A stretch of 56,798 bases of DNA, counting the filler, from Stramenopiles sp. TOSAG23-3 (Eukaryota): NCBI GenBank assembly GCA_900128585.1. It is 6 parts of 6 records of this genome, joined end to end, with 100 filler letters (N's around TTAATTAATTAA, not from the genome) between each part and the next. Parts side by side here need not be neighbours in the genome. Positions count along the whole stretch, not along the records: positions 17,023 to 33,918 come from LT642471.1; 5 more parts are not named here. One strand, given 5' to 3'. Shown piece after piece: positions 20,001-29,923 of this stretch (within the stretch, counting starts at the first letter, position 1; each line of letters starts with the position of its first letter). The position numbers and the translations under genes are program-made. The notes beneath the pieces are model-generated. The model did no database searches. It worked only from the letters and a program-made list of their open reading frames with translations, and was not told where the DNA came from.

Positions 20001-22569
20001 CCAAACAAACATAGAGAAGGTCTCTGAAATTAAGGAGAACTCATTCCAAACTCGACTGGAGGAAGAAAAGAGGAGAGCTAAGTTGGATAAAGATAGGACA
20101 TGCGCACTTCTCCTGGAAGAGTACCGCCACAACAAAGACTCTGCAATCGGAGCCCTGAAGCGAATGGAGGATAAGCGTAGGGAGGAAAACGCGCTAATGG
20201 CGGCGGAAGATGTAAAAGCTAACCGAATGAGAGAAGACGAACGACTCCAGGGAGCATTGCGCCACGCAGAAAAGATGCACGCAGACAATGTTGAAAACAT
20301 AAACAATCAGCACAGTGATATGGTAGATTCGATGAACTTAGACTTCTCTCATAAATCAAAAGAAGCATTTGAATTGTCCGAAAAAGTGAAATTGGAAGCT
20401 ATTCAGGCCACCGAGCGAGAAGCAGGAAGACAGCAAGAAGCAGCGCTTGAATTAGCAGCAAAAATAGCAGAAGAAGCCCGACGAAAGCAGTCGGAGGAGG
20501 CAGCAGCGAATTTAAGAGAAGCAGTAGCTGTAGCCGAATCTGCGCTGAAAGCCATCCACGACGATCAAACCAATCGTATGAAGCTCGAGCAGGCAAAAGA
20601 GTTGCAACGCGCTAGTGATAGACTTCGGGAAACGCAAGAGGAAATGCGCAAGCACGAAAGGGAGTCTTTGGGACTTGCCGCTGACCAAGCATCCAAAGCT
20701 CAGAAACACGCACTGGAAGTTTTGGCTTTGCAGAAGCAAAAAGAATTGGAGATTGCTATTGCACAGCAGGTGTCTGCACGCCATGCTGAAATAAATGACT
20801 TGAAAAAAGTCTTTGAAAAGGAAAAAACGCATTACTTGAAAGAAGCCGCTGAGCAATTTGAGGAGCAACTGGCAGGACAGAGACATAAAGCTAGAGAAAA
20901 CTTGCAATCGGAGCTGGCAAAGGCTGCCGCTGAGCGTGAGTCGATGCTAGAGAGTCTGCGCGATAAAGCCGACAAGATGAAGACTGCGGCTCTTCAATAC
21001 CAAACGTCGAAGTGGCAAGCCACATTAAAAGAATGCATGGCCGAAGCAGAAAAGGAAAAGGCGAAGCTTCAAGCATACATGGAAGACGCAAAAGTCAAGG
21101 CTGTGGCGGCAGAGAATGAAGCTGGAAATAGTCGTCTTGAAGATGAACAAAAGCTGGCAGAACGGAAGTTGAAAGATGAGTTGGAGAAGGCTCAAAAAGA
21201 AGCATACAATATCAAGGAAGCAGCCCTTAAAGATCTTGACGCAAGAAAGCAAGCAGCCCTAGAGGGTGCACTGGAGAGAGCGCGGGTTCACACAGAAAAT
21301 CAGCTAAAACAGAAGCAGCTAGATCACGAAGAAATTCTACGCCAAAAAGACTCCGCAAACGATGCGGCAGCCGAAGTAGCATTAAAGCTTGCGCACACAA
21401 AGCAAAAAAATGCTGTTGCACAAGCAGAGGCAAAAGCGGCAGCAGAGCGTGACTCTGCGCTGCGAAGAGCTGTTGCAGAGTCAAAACGACGTGCTGACAC
21501 TGTCCGAAGCGAGTGCTTAAAAGAGCAAGAGCGTGTAGTTGCCGATTTAATGAATAAACACAACGAAGCCATGTCCAACGCTCTTGAGGCTGCTCGAACG
21601 GAAAGAGAGAAGGCTCTTCAAGATTTGGCAGAGCGAGCTCGAAGAGAGTTAGATCACGCTGTCCAAATGTTAGAAAAGCAAAGGGAAAAGCAGGTAGGCC
21701 GATTAACAGACGCATTGCAAAAGTCAGAGAGAGAGAAGGCTGAAGCAAAAGAAGATTTGGACAATCTCCGAGACCAGCTAGAAGAGTCTGAGGATCAAAA
21801 TTACGATTTGAAGAATCAGTTGTCTGGAGTACGCCGTGTAGGGGTAATGCAACGACTCTATTTGATTTCCTCCAAAATTCGAGAAGCCAAGAACGAGAAG
21901 AAATTACTTGCTGACGCTCGGCTTGAGAGTGACGCTCGAATCAAGCAATTATCGAAACAAAAGGATCGCCAAATAGATACGCTGCGGGACAAAAATAGCA
22001 TACTTGACGCAGAGGTACGTCTTCACGAAGAAACACGGGCAGCCATGCACGACACGTTAGTGAACCACAAACGTGCCATGCTTATGGAACATAAAGTTCA
22101 AAGCACGGTTTTACAAAAGGATTTAGCCGCACTCATCGAGCAGAAGGATGAAGTTGACAAGCAAAGAAATGCTCTAGTCAAAGAAAACGCAAGACTGGAA
22201 GGTACAGTCAAAGAAATTGAAAGACAGATTCACGAGATGAGCAAGCAGAGTGCTATTCAAGACGGTCGAATTAATGTCGCACACGCCAAGAAGAAGAGAC
22301 GTTTAGATCAAGAGTTTGAACGGGTTCTTGAGAGAGTGCAAGAGAAACGAGACCATCTATCCAGAGTCGAAAAGAAGTTGCAGCAGCTAGACGATGCAAG
22401 ACAAGACAAAGAAGATGAAATGAAAGAACTTGAAAGGAATCTAGTTCAACTATTAGTGGAACAACAGAAGAAATTATTGTCAGTCTTGCAGACAAGTAAA
22501 TCAAACTCAAAAGCTGCCAAGAAAAAAGCAAGCATGGACGAGAGCCAGAGAAAAATGTTGACTGACTAA
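17023..22569 (+). CDS. Large coiled-coil protein (>=1835 aa), 5' truncated by the contig start; possibly centrosomal/ciliary
   Basis: Uninterrupted ORF with a low-complexity N-terminal part followed by long heptad-rich sequence. Internal repeat LRAQLTSEIKCRSDLE / VRSQLASEIRCKEDLE. Localisation is a guess. Confidence 0.8.
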   Translation, partial: FEELLTTSSDGKSLHGVAALQACLPRNARSSSSSNVFQAEYRSDTAPGTVPKVTTKTVVVDAAPGGNRRSLVVSESRNVNKELESTLFNTVKFIEGSARVRIKNLTGNFIADKNGMLWLSNFHQIALEPTKHDSEKTDHDEQPLPPSSLSGGGSNGTSVRLLAMKRERERRSEGQGNNDGGGSGAAGSKSSKAHILNYEEAEAPDSREGVPGQFSLRNSELERPSFPGSRGGKGKNKISRLKTLEKSKLKDQQDRNSQSTPNDDSTEGSLPSSSKGGKLSKQANAEIEESRFRSEALVVELSEATEKIEKMEARLRAESTVNARLTERLQALRKQAHKDMTMEKEHESEITGRLRRNLEAAVAKCQESEDRCTALTINISELQSSVSQLQIRLDSETKAADRESNRSKELSKKLANTQREFARAMREKDEHVRREVLATEERMNREMSQRPGTSENGQGSPTAKHLIRTVDELNKKLSLQQTEHASLQAELVTRNRLELLEREEEFQKQSNSDRQNIQQMEDRIQELQSQMCIMVKDVSISKKREEELNRRLSAADAEKSRVQDELMVAQQSIKAVQSMGDGSVGSADLQQASQVSAMKATSEAKIRQLNNEVDFLRAQLTSEIKCRSDLETGLQNTNEKYLSSKERWETALGDLENSKRESMRELEDRFRQELLIPQEEVHRLEDKVQALQKNLGEMVKDLSLARKQTESLSRAKQALTHERDGLQDRVAHYVNEIQGMKSKAKESLTKNSAEAAFRTTVETDMRKLQHELEYVRSQLASEIRCKEDLETALSQAEHQMDSQQRMYSKELEDQVLKYREENSKTIQRESGLRDAKIALDGEVLNLSKQLADLKKSYAKLRDQHRVDVGQLDATKQSASRLEVALQNARGTLKREKNAADSAQKRHERAMAAIQQTVKEMSDAKNAAISAADEQIKSNMAKVSATQREMLTLKDHMKYEKGQHQKLIATERMGNALQGWLLRRSKEKFDHWRVQTNIEKVSEIKENSFQTRLEEEKRRAKLDKDRTCALLLEEYRHNKDSAIGALKRMEDKRREENALMAAEDVKANRMREDERLQGALRHAEKMHADNVENINNQHSDMVDSMNLDFSHKSKEAFELSEKVKLEAIQATEREAGRQQEAALELAAKIAEEARRKQSEEAAANLREAVAVAESALKAIHDDQTNRMKLEQAKELQRASDRLRETQEEMRKHERESLGLAADQASKAQKHALEVLALQKQKELEIAIAQQVSARHAEINDLKKVFEKEKTHYLKEAAEQFEEQLAGQRHKARENLQSELAKAAAERESMLESLRDKADKMKTAALQYQTSKWQATLKECMAEAEKEKAKLQAYMEDAKVKAVAAENEAGNSRLEDEQKLAERKLKDELEKAQKEAYNIKEAALKDLDARKQAALEGALERARVHTENQLKQKQLDHEEILRQKDSANDAAAEVALKLAHTKQKNAVAQAEAKAAAERDSALRRAVAESKRRADTVRSECLKEQERVVADLMNKHNEAMSNALEAARTEREKALQDLAERARRELDHAVQMLEKQREKQVGRLTDALQKSEREKAEAKEDLDNLRDQLEESEDQNYDLKNQLSGVRRVGVMQRLYLISSKIREAKNEKKLLADARLESDARIKQLSKQKDRQIDTLRDKNSILDAEVRLHEETRAAMHDTLVNHKRAMLMEHKVQSTVLQKDLAALIEQKDEVDKQRNALVKENARLEGTVKEIERQIHEMSKQSAIQDGRINVAHAKKKRRLDQEFERVLERVQEKRDHLSRVEKKLQQLDDARQDKEDEMKELERNLVQLLVEQQKKLLSVLQTSKSNSKAAKKKASMDESQRKMLTD

Positions 22570-22664
22570 AGTTTTGTGCGAGAGTAGAGAAAAAGAGGAG
22601 ACGAGAAACTCTCGAAATTAAAAAAAAATTCTTTTTTTTTGTGTTACATGTATACTTATGATGG

Positions 22665-23420
22665 TAACAAAACAAAAAATTGGCTGTTATTTATGATACT
22701 TAATAATATGATAGTAACATGTAAACTGAAGTAACAGCAAATTTTTTGTTTTTAAGTTACGAAGAGATATCTTACGCTTATATATCATGTAATTCGTAAA
22801 TTTTACTATGATATTTATCTTTTAAAACATTTATCATATGAGTGAGATATCGGATGAGGAAGTTGATTTATGGGTCTTATGGCGTTAACACGTTTTCACC
22901 GACCGATTCGGATCATGCATGGAGTACATATGAAAATGATAGTCAAGACTAAGTGACAAGGGTATATTGATTACTAAAATCACACCAGTAGAGTTCAGTT
23001 CGCAGTACACATTAATTTTAATTAGAGTTCAGTTCGCAGTACATTTTAATTTTAATTATGATACTTCAAAATAACAGCCAATTTAAAAAAAAAAAAAAGT
23101 AATTAAAAATACTAAAATTACAACAGTAGAGATCAGTTCGCAGTACATGAAGGAATGTAAACCTTTAACGGACAAAAGGCGAGTAGATTCATTTTCGCGG
23201 TATATGAGCAACAGCCAATTTTCTTGTTTTTAGTATGAGGAAGCAAAATTTTAATTACTCTAAATAAAAGCCAATTTTTTGTTTTTGAAAATTAATTAAT
23301 TAATGTACTGCGAACTGTTTATCTTTTTAAAAACAAGAAAATTGGCTGTTATTTTTTACTATTATCTTACTGTGTTTATCTTTAAATATCTAATTCGTAA
23401 GAGTAAATTAGCTGTTAAAG
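22665..23420. repeat. Cluster of mosaic intergenic repeat modules (AAAACAAGAAAATTGGCTGTTATTT; AGAGTTCAGTTCGCAGTACA)
   Basis: Several copies in both orientations between convergent genes, e.g. 22671, 22990, 23024, 23068, 23128, 23209, 23262, 23300, 23329. Confidence 0.85.
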
Positions 23421-23463
23421 AATTTCTTATCATAACTTAGCTTGTAAGGACAACGTAATTTGA

Positions 23464-25395
23464 TCACCGTTTTGTTGTGTATAGATCTTTCAACAACACG
23501 TCTATGGAACCATTTTGTACGCTGGACGCCAACGCTTCGGCCCGTGCATCAGCTCTATTTAACGGTTCACACAGGAAATCTTTGACCACGTGATTTTCGG
23601 CCAATGATTTAATGGTCTGCATTAACTTTTCAACCCACTTTTCGCGGTCTGAAGGAAACAACGCTAAAAATGTTTCCATCAAATGGGTATTCTTGTCCTT
23701 CAAAATAAAACCTTTTCTGACTCTTTGAGAGTTTGCTTCTAATTCATCATGCCGCAAAAACGTGGATGCAGACAGTTTATACTCCCCTATAGCACTAGAT
23801 ACCCCTTGGTTTACCAGCTCCATCTGGTTGTCAAACCACCGAAGCAACGCCTTGCCTTGAAAAGATGTCAGGAGTACGTATACGTTTTTACCATTCCATT
23901 CTAACAAACCATGGTGTTCAATAGCTTCTCCAATGTACGATTTTGCAATACTGTCATATGTTACGGTGAATAAAGCATTGCACTCATTCCGGTGACATTT
24001 AATCAGCGTTTTCCCTTGAACAATTTTCATTCTTGACTTGCACTGTGGGCATTGCATTATGAAAGCTTGGCCAGGAGACAGACCGGGTTCGTCCACCGAA
24101 CTTTTCGATTTCCTATTCGCAGAGTGTAGGTTTTTAGGCTGCACTAAAGTATTTGATAAGCGCTCCGTTCGGGAGTTTCTCTTTCGTGATGACTCTTGCC
24201 TAGAGACGATTGATTTGGTATAACTTTGAATGTTTTCTTGGATAATGCCTACTAATTCTTTCTTGACAGTCGATGAACCTACATCAAGGCACCACGAGTC
24301 GCCTGCTAAATTTTGGAAAATTAATGTAGAATCTGGAGACAGGCCTTTTGTTTTTATGCTCGGATGAGCAATGCCTGACACCCGCGCGTCTCGCAAGGAG
24401 ACCATTTCTGCTATATGAAATCTGGTTTTCTCTTGTCGCCTGAACATTGTTTTGGGCTTAACAACCCTTCTAGTAAATATCAGCAAGTCCGTTAGCAAAA
24501 TTACGTGGATTTTTTCTCCAGCATCACCGGACACAGGAACCAAGCCATTGGAGCTGTCTTTTTTCTTATTATTCTCCACCACGCTGGTTTGGCCAGAACC
24601 CCTGGGTTGTATCATACGAACCACGTTTGCATCAAACCGCCTGCTTAACCGGCGGTTTGTGCGAATTACATTAAAAAATAGGTTGATGAACTTTGCTGGG
24701 CGGAGGCATTCCTGAATCGTTATTAGCTCGTCCGTTGCTTCCCGAGCATGCGAGCTTGCATTGACGGCATCCACTGCTAAATTGACAATGTCTATGGCCT
24801 TTTCTAGCTTTCTAATATCTATACGTGCATTTTTTTGAGAGTTCTTTTTCAACTCCCTCAACAACAGAGGGTACTTACAAACTCGTTGAATGGGCTTTAT
24901 TAAAAACGATTGAATGGATAGCCCTTGCGCTTCTGCACTTGTTTGGAAGTTAGTAATAAGGCTCTCAAACAACGGTGAGCTTTGCCTTTCTTTCTTGATT
25001 ACTTCTAGCACAACGGGGTGAAGCCGACAGTACTCTGCATATGCTTTTAAAAAAGGGGCTCGTTTGATGAGTGCCTCCAAAAGCAGCACTCCAGAATTTG
25101 GTAACAACTCTCGGTTGCCAGAGCCCCGAAAGCATTTTGCATTTAGTTCTGCGTCCAAGTCCTCGTGCAGCCGTAGTAAAGCTTTCCACCAATCCATCAT
25201 TTCCGAGAACAGAGATACCAAGGCAGGAGAAAGCTTCGCCTTCGTTTTGAAAGTAACACCCGCATGTGTGTTAAAAGATGAAACGAAGCTCGAAGAAGCA
25301 AAAACACGCAAGTACTTTGTATACGCTGTTTCCGTATCAATAAATTCTAACACCGTGAGGCGGTGTTTCTTGTCGTCGGCAGCGACGGACGCCAT
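23464..25395 (-). CDS. Dbl-family RhoGEF: DH-PH, Cys zinc ribbon, second PH domain
   Basis: EFIDTETAYTKYL, FLKAYAEYC and SFLIKPIQRVCKYPLLLREL are DH signatures. HVILLTDLLIFT..WCL is PH-like; CPQC..CHRNEC; C-terminal PH ending REKWVEKL. Confidence 0.88.
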   Translation of the reverse strand: MASVAADDKKHRLTVLEFIDTETAYTKYLRVFASSSFVSSFNTHAGVTFKTKAKLSPALVSLFSEMMDWWKALLRLHEDLDAELNAKCFRGSGNRELLPNSGVLLLEALIKRAPFLKAYAEYCRLHPVVLEVIKKERQSSPLFESLITNFQTSAEAQGLSIQSFLIKPIQRVCKYPLLLRELKKNSQKNARIDIRKLEKAIDIVNLAVDAVNASSHAREATDELITIQECLRPAKFINLFFNVIRTNRRLSRRFDANVVRMIQPRGSGQTSVVENNKKKDSSNGLVPVSGDAGEKIHVILLTDLLIFTRRVVKPKTMFRRQEKTRFHIAEMVSLRDARVSGIAHPSIKTKGLSPDSTLIFQNLAGDSWCLDVGSSTVKKELVGIIQENIQSYTKSIVSRQESSRKRNSRTERLSNTLVQPKNLHSANRKSKSSVDEPGLSPGQAFIMQCPQCKSRMKIVQGKTLIKCHRNECNALFTVTYDSIAKSYIGEAIEHHGLLEWNGKNVYVLLTSFQGKALLRWFDNQMELVNQGVSSAIGEYKLSASTFLRHDELEANSQRVRKGFILKDKNTHLMETFLALFPSDREKWVEKLMQTIKSLAENHVVKDFLCEPLNRADARAEALASSVQNGSIDVLLKDLYTTKR

Positions 25396-25910
25396 GCGGT
25401 TTGTTCACGGAGAAACGGTTTTCGCTCTAAGTTTTCAGCCGATTCAAATACACCCCAGGCAAAGCAATTGCGTTTTGAGTCGAGCACCCGATATACAATC
25501 TCCATAAGAGTTAATTGAAGAAAGGATTGAATCAAACGGGAAGAATTTTAAGAAATGAACCCACCAAGAAATTTACATTATATAATATTTCTTCTTCTTG
25601 CTTTTTGCAGGTTTTTGTGTGAACGGAGGAGGAGAGGAGGAGGAGAGGAGCGGGTCCATGAATACAATGCTGTGCGGTACAACTGTGTACCAGGTACCCG
25701 TACCCTTTTTTGCAGAAGCTCAGCAGCAGCTGCGTTAAAAAAAATTCAAGTACCTTGGTACAGTACGGTAAAAAAAGAATAAAAAACAGAAGAAATACGT
25801 TGTTGTTGAATTGTTTTGTTGAATTGTTTGCTTTGTTGGAACTGACGACTAAACAAAAATCTATAGGCCAACGATGGGTTTGCTATTTATTGGTCAAAAG
25901 GCGACGATTA

Positions 25911-26672
25911 CTAGAGAACAACACAATGGCCTCTCCAGTAGCAACCCGCTGGTTTTGATGTGTCTACAGGACCATCAAACAGCTGGCTCTTCCAGGTTTG
26001 CCGTGCTGCGCCTGCTAAAATTAAAGTATTGTTGAGCTCTTTGGTCAACTCCTCGTCATTTTCGTGACAAATTATAACATTTTTAACGGTTGACACTCCT
26101 CCCGCTTTCAGAAAAATGTCTTTGTTTTCTAGGGATTTTATCATGTGTTGGCAAGCCCACGTAGCCCTCCACACTACAAATTTGTTTGCTCTGTGCTTTA
26201 CCAAAGCCTGTAACACGCACGTCAAGGCGCCCATTTTCCCCAAACTAACGTTCATGTTTGCAACGGGAGCAACTTCCGTCCCACGATTAAAGGTGAACAT
26301 CCCTTCGTGCCGGGCGTGCCTCTCTCGCATCGAAAAAGCAGCTAATTCGGCGAGCGCGGCGCACCCACGAGCTTGTACGAAAGGGTTTCTTGTGTTCGCC
26401 TGCATAACACGTATCAAGTCCCTCGGGCCATTAAGCTTTGCATCTTCTATTAAATCTTTTGCCTCTTCTTGCTTGTCTTTATCCGTCCCACTTTTGCCTC
26501 CAGCACCCTGCAACTCTTTCACCGTTTGTTGAGCTGCCCCCTCGTCGCCACTGAGCACTTCTTGCTGGATGTGATACAATAATGCCTGATCGTGCTTGTG
26601 CTTGTTGTCAACACGACGTTTCTGTCTACCAATAATATCATCCTGTAGCTTATAATTTATTGTCGTCTTCAT
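25911..26672 (-). CDS. Armadillo-repeat protein with C-terminal CaaX (CVVL) motif
   Basis: LIRVMQANTRNPFVQARGCAALAELA, GALTCVLQALVKH..VVWRATWAC and AGGVSTV are ARM-like; the protein ends HCVVL-stop. Confidence 0.75.
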   Translation of the reverse strand: MKTTINYKLQDDIIGRQKRRVDNKHKHDQALLYHIQQEVLSGDEGAAQQTVKELQGAGGKSGTDKDKQEEAKDLIEDAKLNGPRDLIRVMQANTRNPFVQARGCAALAELAAFSMRERHARHEGMFTFNRGTEVAPVANMNVSLGKMGALTCVLQALVKHRANKFVVWRATWACQHMIKSLENKDIFLKAGGVSTVKNVIICHENDEELTKELNNTLILAGAARQTWKSQLFDGPVDTSKPAGCYWRGHCVVL

Positions 26673-27695
26673 TTTACATAGTATATCCTTTGACGCCTCC
26701 GGCTGTCCAAATAGCGGACTGAAAGTTATTTCCTGGAACTAGTGTCCGATTCAACAACCCACGCGTGCTTCAGGTGTAGCGAGAACAGGAAAATTACCTA
26801 CCTACTGAACGGCTCTTGCGCAAACGTTGTTCGTGTTAAACAATTGATCCGAATAAAATGGGTATTATTTTTATTAATAATAAAAAACCACCCACCAACA
26901 AGTATAAAATACTACGGTATTACCGAAGGAGTATAAAAGTACGAGAAGTAGAACAGAAAAACAACCACACCCCCGTGTTCGTTCGTTCTTTTTTGTTGTT
27001 GTTGTTTTTGATTGTTGTTGTTACCTTGGTATTTATAGACTAATTAATACCACAGGTATTAATAATAAAATATAAATTGTTGTTATATTTAGAAGGAGGA
27101 AAAGTACCTTCTTGGTATTACAACAACAAAACAATAAAAAACGACAAGGAGGCAAGGAGGAGGAGTGGAGGAGTGTTTGTTGCACCTTCTTCTTTGATCT
27201 TTGATGATGATTTATCCGGTAGGTAAGGACCTTGTTCAGGTAATAGACTATTATATTCATACCGGTACGGTAGGAGGGTACTGCAAGGTCCTGACTCCCT
27301 GCTGTGTTGTTGTTGTTGTTGGTTATAGCAATTCTTTAATCTTCCATCCAAACAACTACGAGGACGGTACGCACGTTCGTACGGTACCATGGTATTAAAC
27401 CAGGAATGGAACCGTGCCTTTCTTGGTTCCGTACTTGGTATAATACCGTACTTGGTACCAAACTTGTTGGGATGGGACGTCTTCCTCCTTCCTCCTCCTT
27501 CCTCCTCCCTCCTCCTCCTCCGCCCCCCCGGCTCGCAAAAAAAAAAAACAGTGAGAAGTGACGCAAGCACTCTCTCTCCCTTTCTCTTTTGGTTTCACGG
27601 CACCGCTTGCACTAAGGGTTAACAAACTGACAATTCATTTTTGAAACGTAGTCAGTTTGATGATCGAATGATACTGCTGTATTATTGGCACAGAC

Positions 27696-29657
27696 ATGGA
27701 GGTAACTTCTGGCACGACAAGCGTTACGCCAGGTCTGAATGGTTCGGTCATACCAGTAAAGTTAGCTGCCAAAGCTCGGTGGGCAGACTTAAAGAGCAAA
27801 GTAAACAAAACTGTTGATACGAAAGGAAAAGTAAAGAATATTAAAGTAAAATATAGGGTGAGTGATGTGTGGCAGCAAATTATGGACAACGAGGAACTTT
27901 CTGATGTTGCTGGAAAAAGTGCTGCTGGGCACGGTTCAGCAGCGGGAATGAAGTTAACAATTAGTATGTACGACACTAACTTTCCACCGACAGTCAGCGA
28001 CAACGTGACGAAGTGGACCCGCCCCCCGGAAAAAATATTCTCTCAAAATGTAGGCGACGGGGTTCAGGATTTTCGTTGGCTGTCCATGATAGCGACAAAA
28101 CGCTACACAGCTGGTTACAAACCGAATGGTAGGCTCAGGCAGAGGGAGCTTGCAGTAGGCAGCAGGGCGAACATGATGCCACAGAAAATCTATCTTGAAA
28201 AAGTTGGCGAATCGATGGGGTTCGATAAGAAAAGCACTAAAGTTATTACTGAAAGCACGAAACTCAAAGCGGCTTTGCGGGATGGGGACACAGTCTATGT
28301 ACATTTTCGGAAAGGGGTTCCCCTTGGACTATTTGCAGGGAGGGAGGATTCAAAAATTCAGGTGCCGCTCTTCATGAACTGTACCGCATCCGACCGAGAT
28401 CTTAAGGCGAAGCAGAAGGCGAAGAAGTACCACGCGTTTCTGAAAACCAAGAGGGACAAGGTTAGGAAGCTTCAACCGTTCAAAGTCCATTCGATATACA
28501 CCAGAAAAGAGGAAAAGGCGGGGCCAGAGCTAGTGCAGGAACCAGGACCAGCACAGCCAGCACAAAAAGACAAAAAGGTGGTTGAAAAGCCTTTGGACCT
28601 TCCAACATCCGTATTTTCCGAACGCGCCGAACTTGCAGATTCACGGGGTTTTTACGACACCGACGATTTTTACGAAAGGGTTTGTGAGGCGGACTTTCAT
28701 TACTGCCCGCGGATCCGCCGCATGGTAGAGGAGGACCCAGGAGACTATGAAAAGATAAAAGACATTGTTGCAGAGAACTATAGGTACATCCGCGAAGCAT
28801 TTCGCTATCATGTCGCGGAGTCTGCGAGTGACTCTTTTGAAATGTCTTGGATGGACTTTACGGCGTTCGCAAAATTTTCAAAAATAGTTGACCCCCACGA
28901 AGAAGAAAGTGGCGGTTTCAGTTTCAATGACCTCGACAGTATTTGGATTTTAGTCAATTGCCACGAGCACAACGATGCAGTTAAGAGCCACCACATTCGG
29001 TACCTTAGCCGGTTTGAATTTTTGGAAGCTCTTGTGCGCATTGCAGTTTCCAAGTATGGCTTGAATGACGCCGGCCACCCGCGAAAGGTGTCCAGCGCGG
29101 TGGAGACTTTGCTGGAGGCCAACATCAAGCAGATTTACAAACGCATGGACGCAAACGTGTTTCGCCGAACCAGGCTATACTTGAACTCAACAAACAAGGT
29201 GTTTGGCGAGCATGAAAAAAGCTTAAGGTTACTCTTTCGAACCTACGCAAAGTTTCAAAGCCGTAAAGACAAGTACACCAGGAAACATACGATAAAAAAT
29301 GGTGGAATTGCGTTTGCCGACGATCCGAATTGTCTGACAAAAGTTCAATTTATAGAGCTTTTGCAAGCTGCCGGAGTGTTTGGGGACAAGAGGCGACTGA
29401 AAAAGGACGCATGCAGAGTTTTCATTTATGCGCAAAATACGACTTTAGACGAGTTTCAAAGATCAAAAGAAGCAGCATTACGAGATGACTCCAAGACGCT
29501 CTGCTACCCTGAGTTCCTTGAAGCAATTGCCAGGCTGGCCGAAGTTGATCACGTCGCAGCAAAAATGCGCGAGAGAACCGAAGAGTTGCCTGGAAATGAT
29601 TTTACCTTGCAACTTTCGAATTTCCTATCTTCTGTGACATCGAAAATGAATCTTTAA
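27696..29657 (+). CDS. Uncharacterised 653-aa protein with degenerate EF-hand-like helical pairs
   Basis: Long ORF; repeated motif RFEFLEALVRIA / YPEFLEAIARLA, plus MSWMDFTAFAK and LTKVQFIELL. Confidence 0.7.
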   Translation: MEVTSGTTSVTPGLNGSVIPVKLAAKARWADLKSKVNKTVDTKGKVKNIKVKYRVSDVWQQIMDNEELSDVAGKSAAGHGSAAGMKLTISMYDTNFPPTVSDNVTKWTRPPEKIFSQNVGDGVQDFRWLSMIATKRYTAGYKPNGRLRQRELAVGSRANMMPQKIYLEKVGESMGFDKKSTKVITESTKLKAALRDGDTVYVHFRKGVPLGLFAGREDSKIQVPLFMNCTASDRDLKAKQKAKKYHAFLKTKRDKVRKLQPFKVHSIYTRKEEKAGPELVQEPGPAQPAQKDKKVVEKPLDLPTSVFSERAELADSRGFYDTDDFYERVCEADFHYCPRIRRMVEEDPGDYEKIKDIVAENYRYIREAFRYHVAESASDSFEMSWMDFTAFAKFSKIVDPHEEESGGFSFNDLDSIWILVNCHEHNDAVKSHHIRYLSRFEFLEALVRIAVSKYGLNDAGHPRKVSSAVETLLEANIKQIYKRMDANVFRRTRLYLNSTNKVFGEHEKSLRLLFRTYAKFQSRKDKYTRKHTIKNGGIAFADDPNCLTKVQFIELLQAAGVFGDKRRLKKDACRVFIYAQNTTLDEFQRSKEAALRDDSKTLCYPEFLEAIARLAEVDHVAAKMRERTEELPGNDFTLQLSNFLSSVTSKMNL

Positions 29658-29923
29658 AGCGCAAGAAGGACGCATTACGAGTGCACTTACTCAGTTGTAA
29701 TTAAAAGGAGGTTCATACGTGCGTCATACGAGTGTCGAGCATCTTTCTGGTCACAAATACATATGATAGAGGAAGATAAACCTTTAATGACTTAAAAAAT
29801 AGCCAATTTTTTGTTTTTGCTTAATAACAAAACTCTCTAAGATTTATAAACATTTCCTAACTTTTGAAGTTACAAAAAAAAAGTAGATGCCTTTTTTTAA
29901 TACATATTTAAGTTTAAAAATAT

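Noticed and set aside
435-22569. Many antisense/alternate-frame ORFs (e.g. 435-1355, 7152-7979, 12535-13107)
   Set aside because: They are shadows of GC-rich or coiled-coil genes, giving Ser/Phe/Leu-rich translations with no domains.
22980-23360. CRISPR-like array (repeats with unique intervening sequence)
   Set aside because: Repeats vary in orientation, type and spacing; there are no cas genes; the context is eukaryotic.
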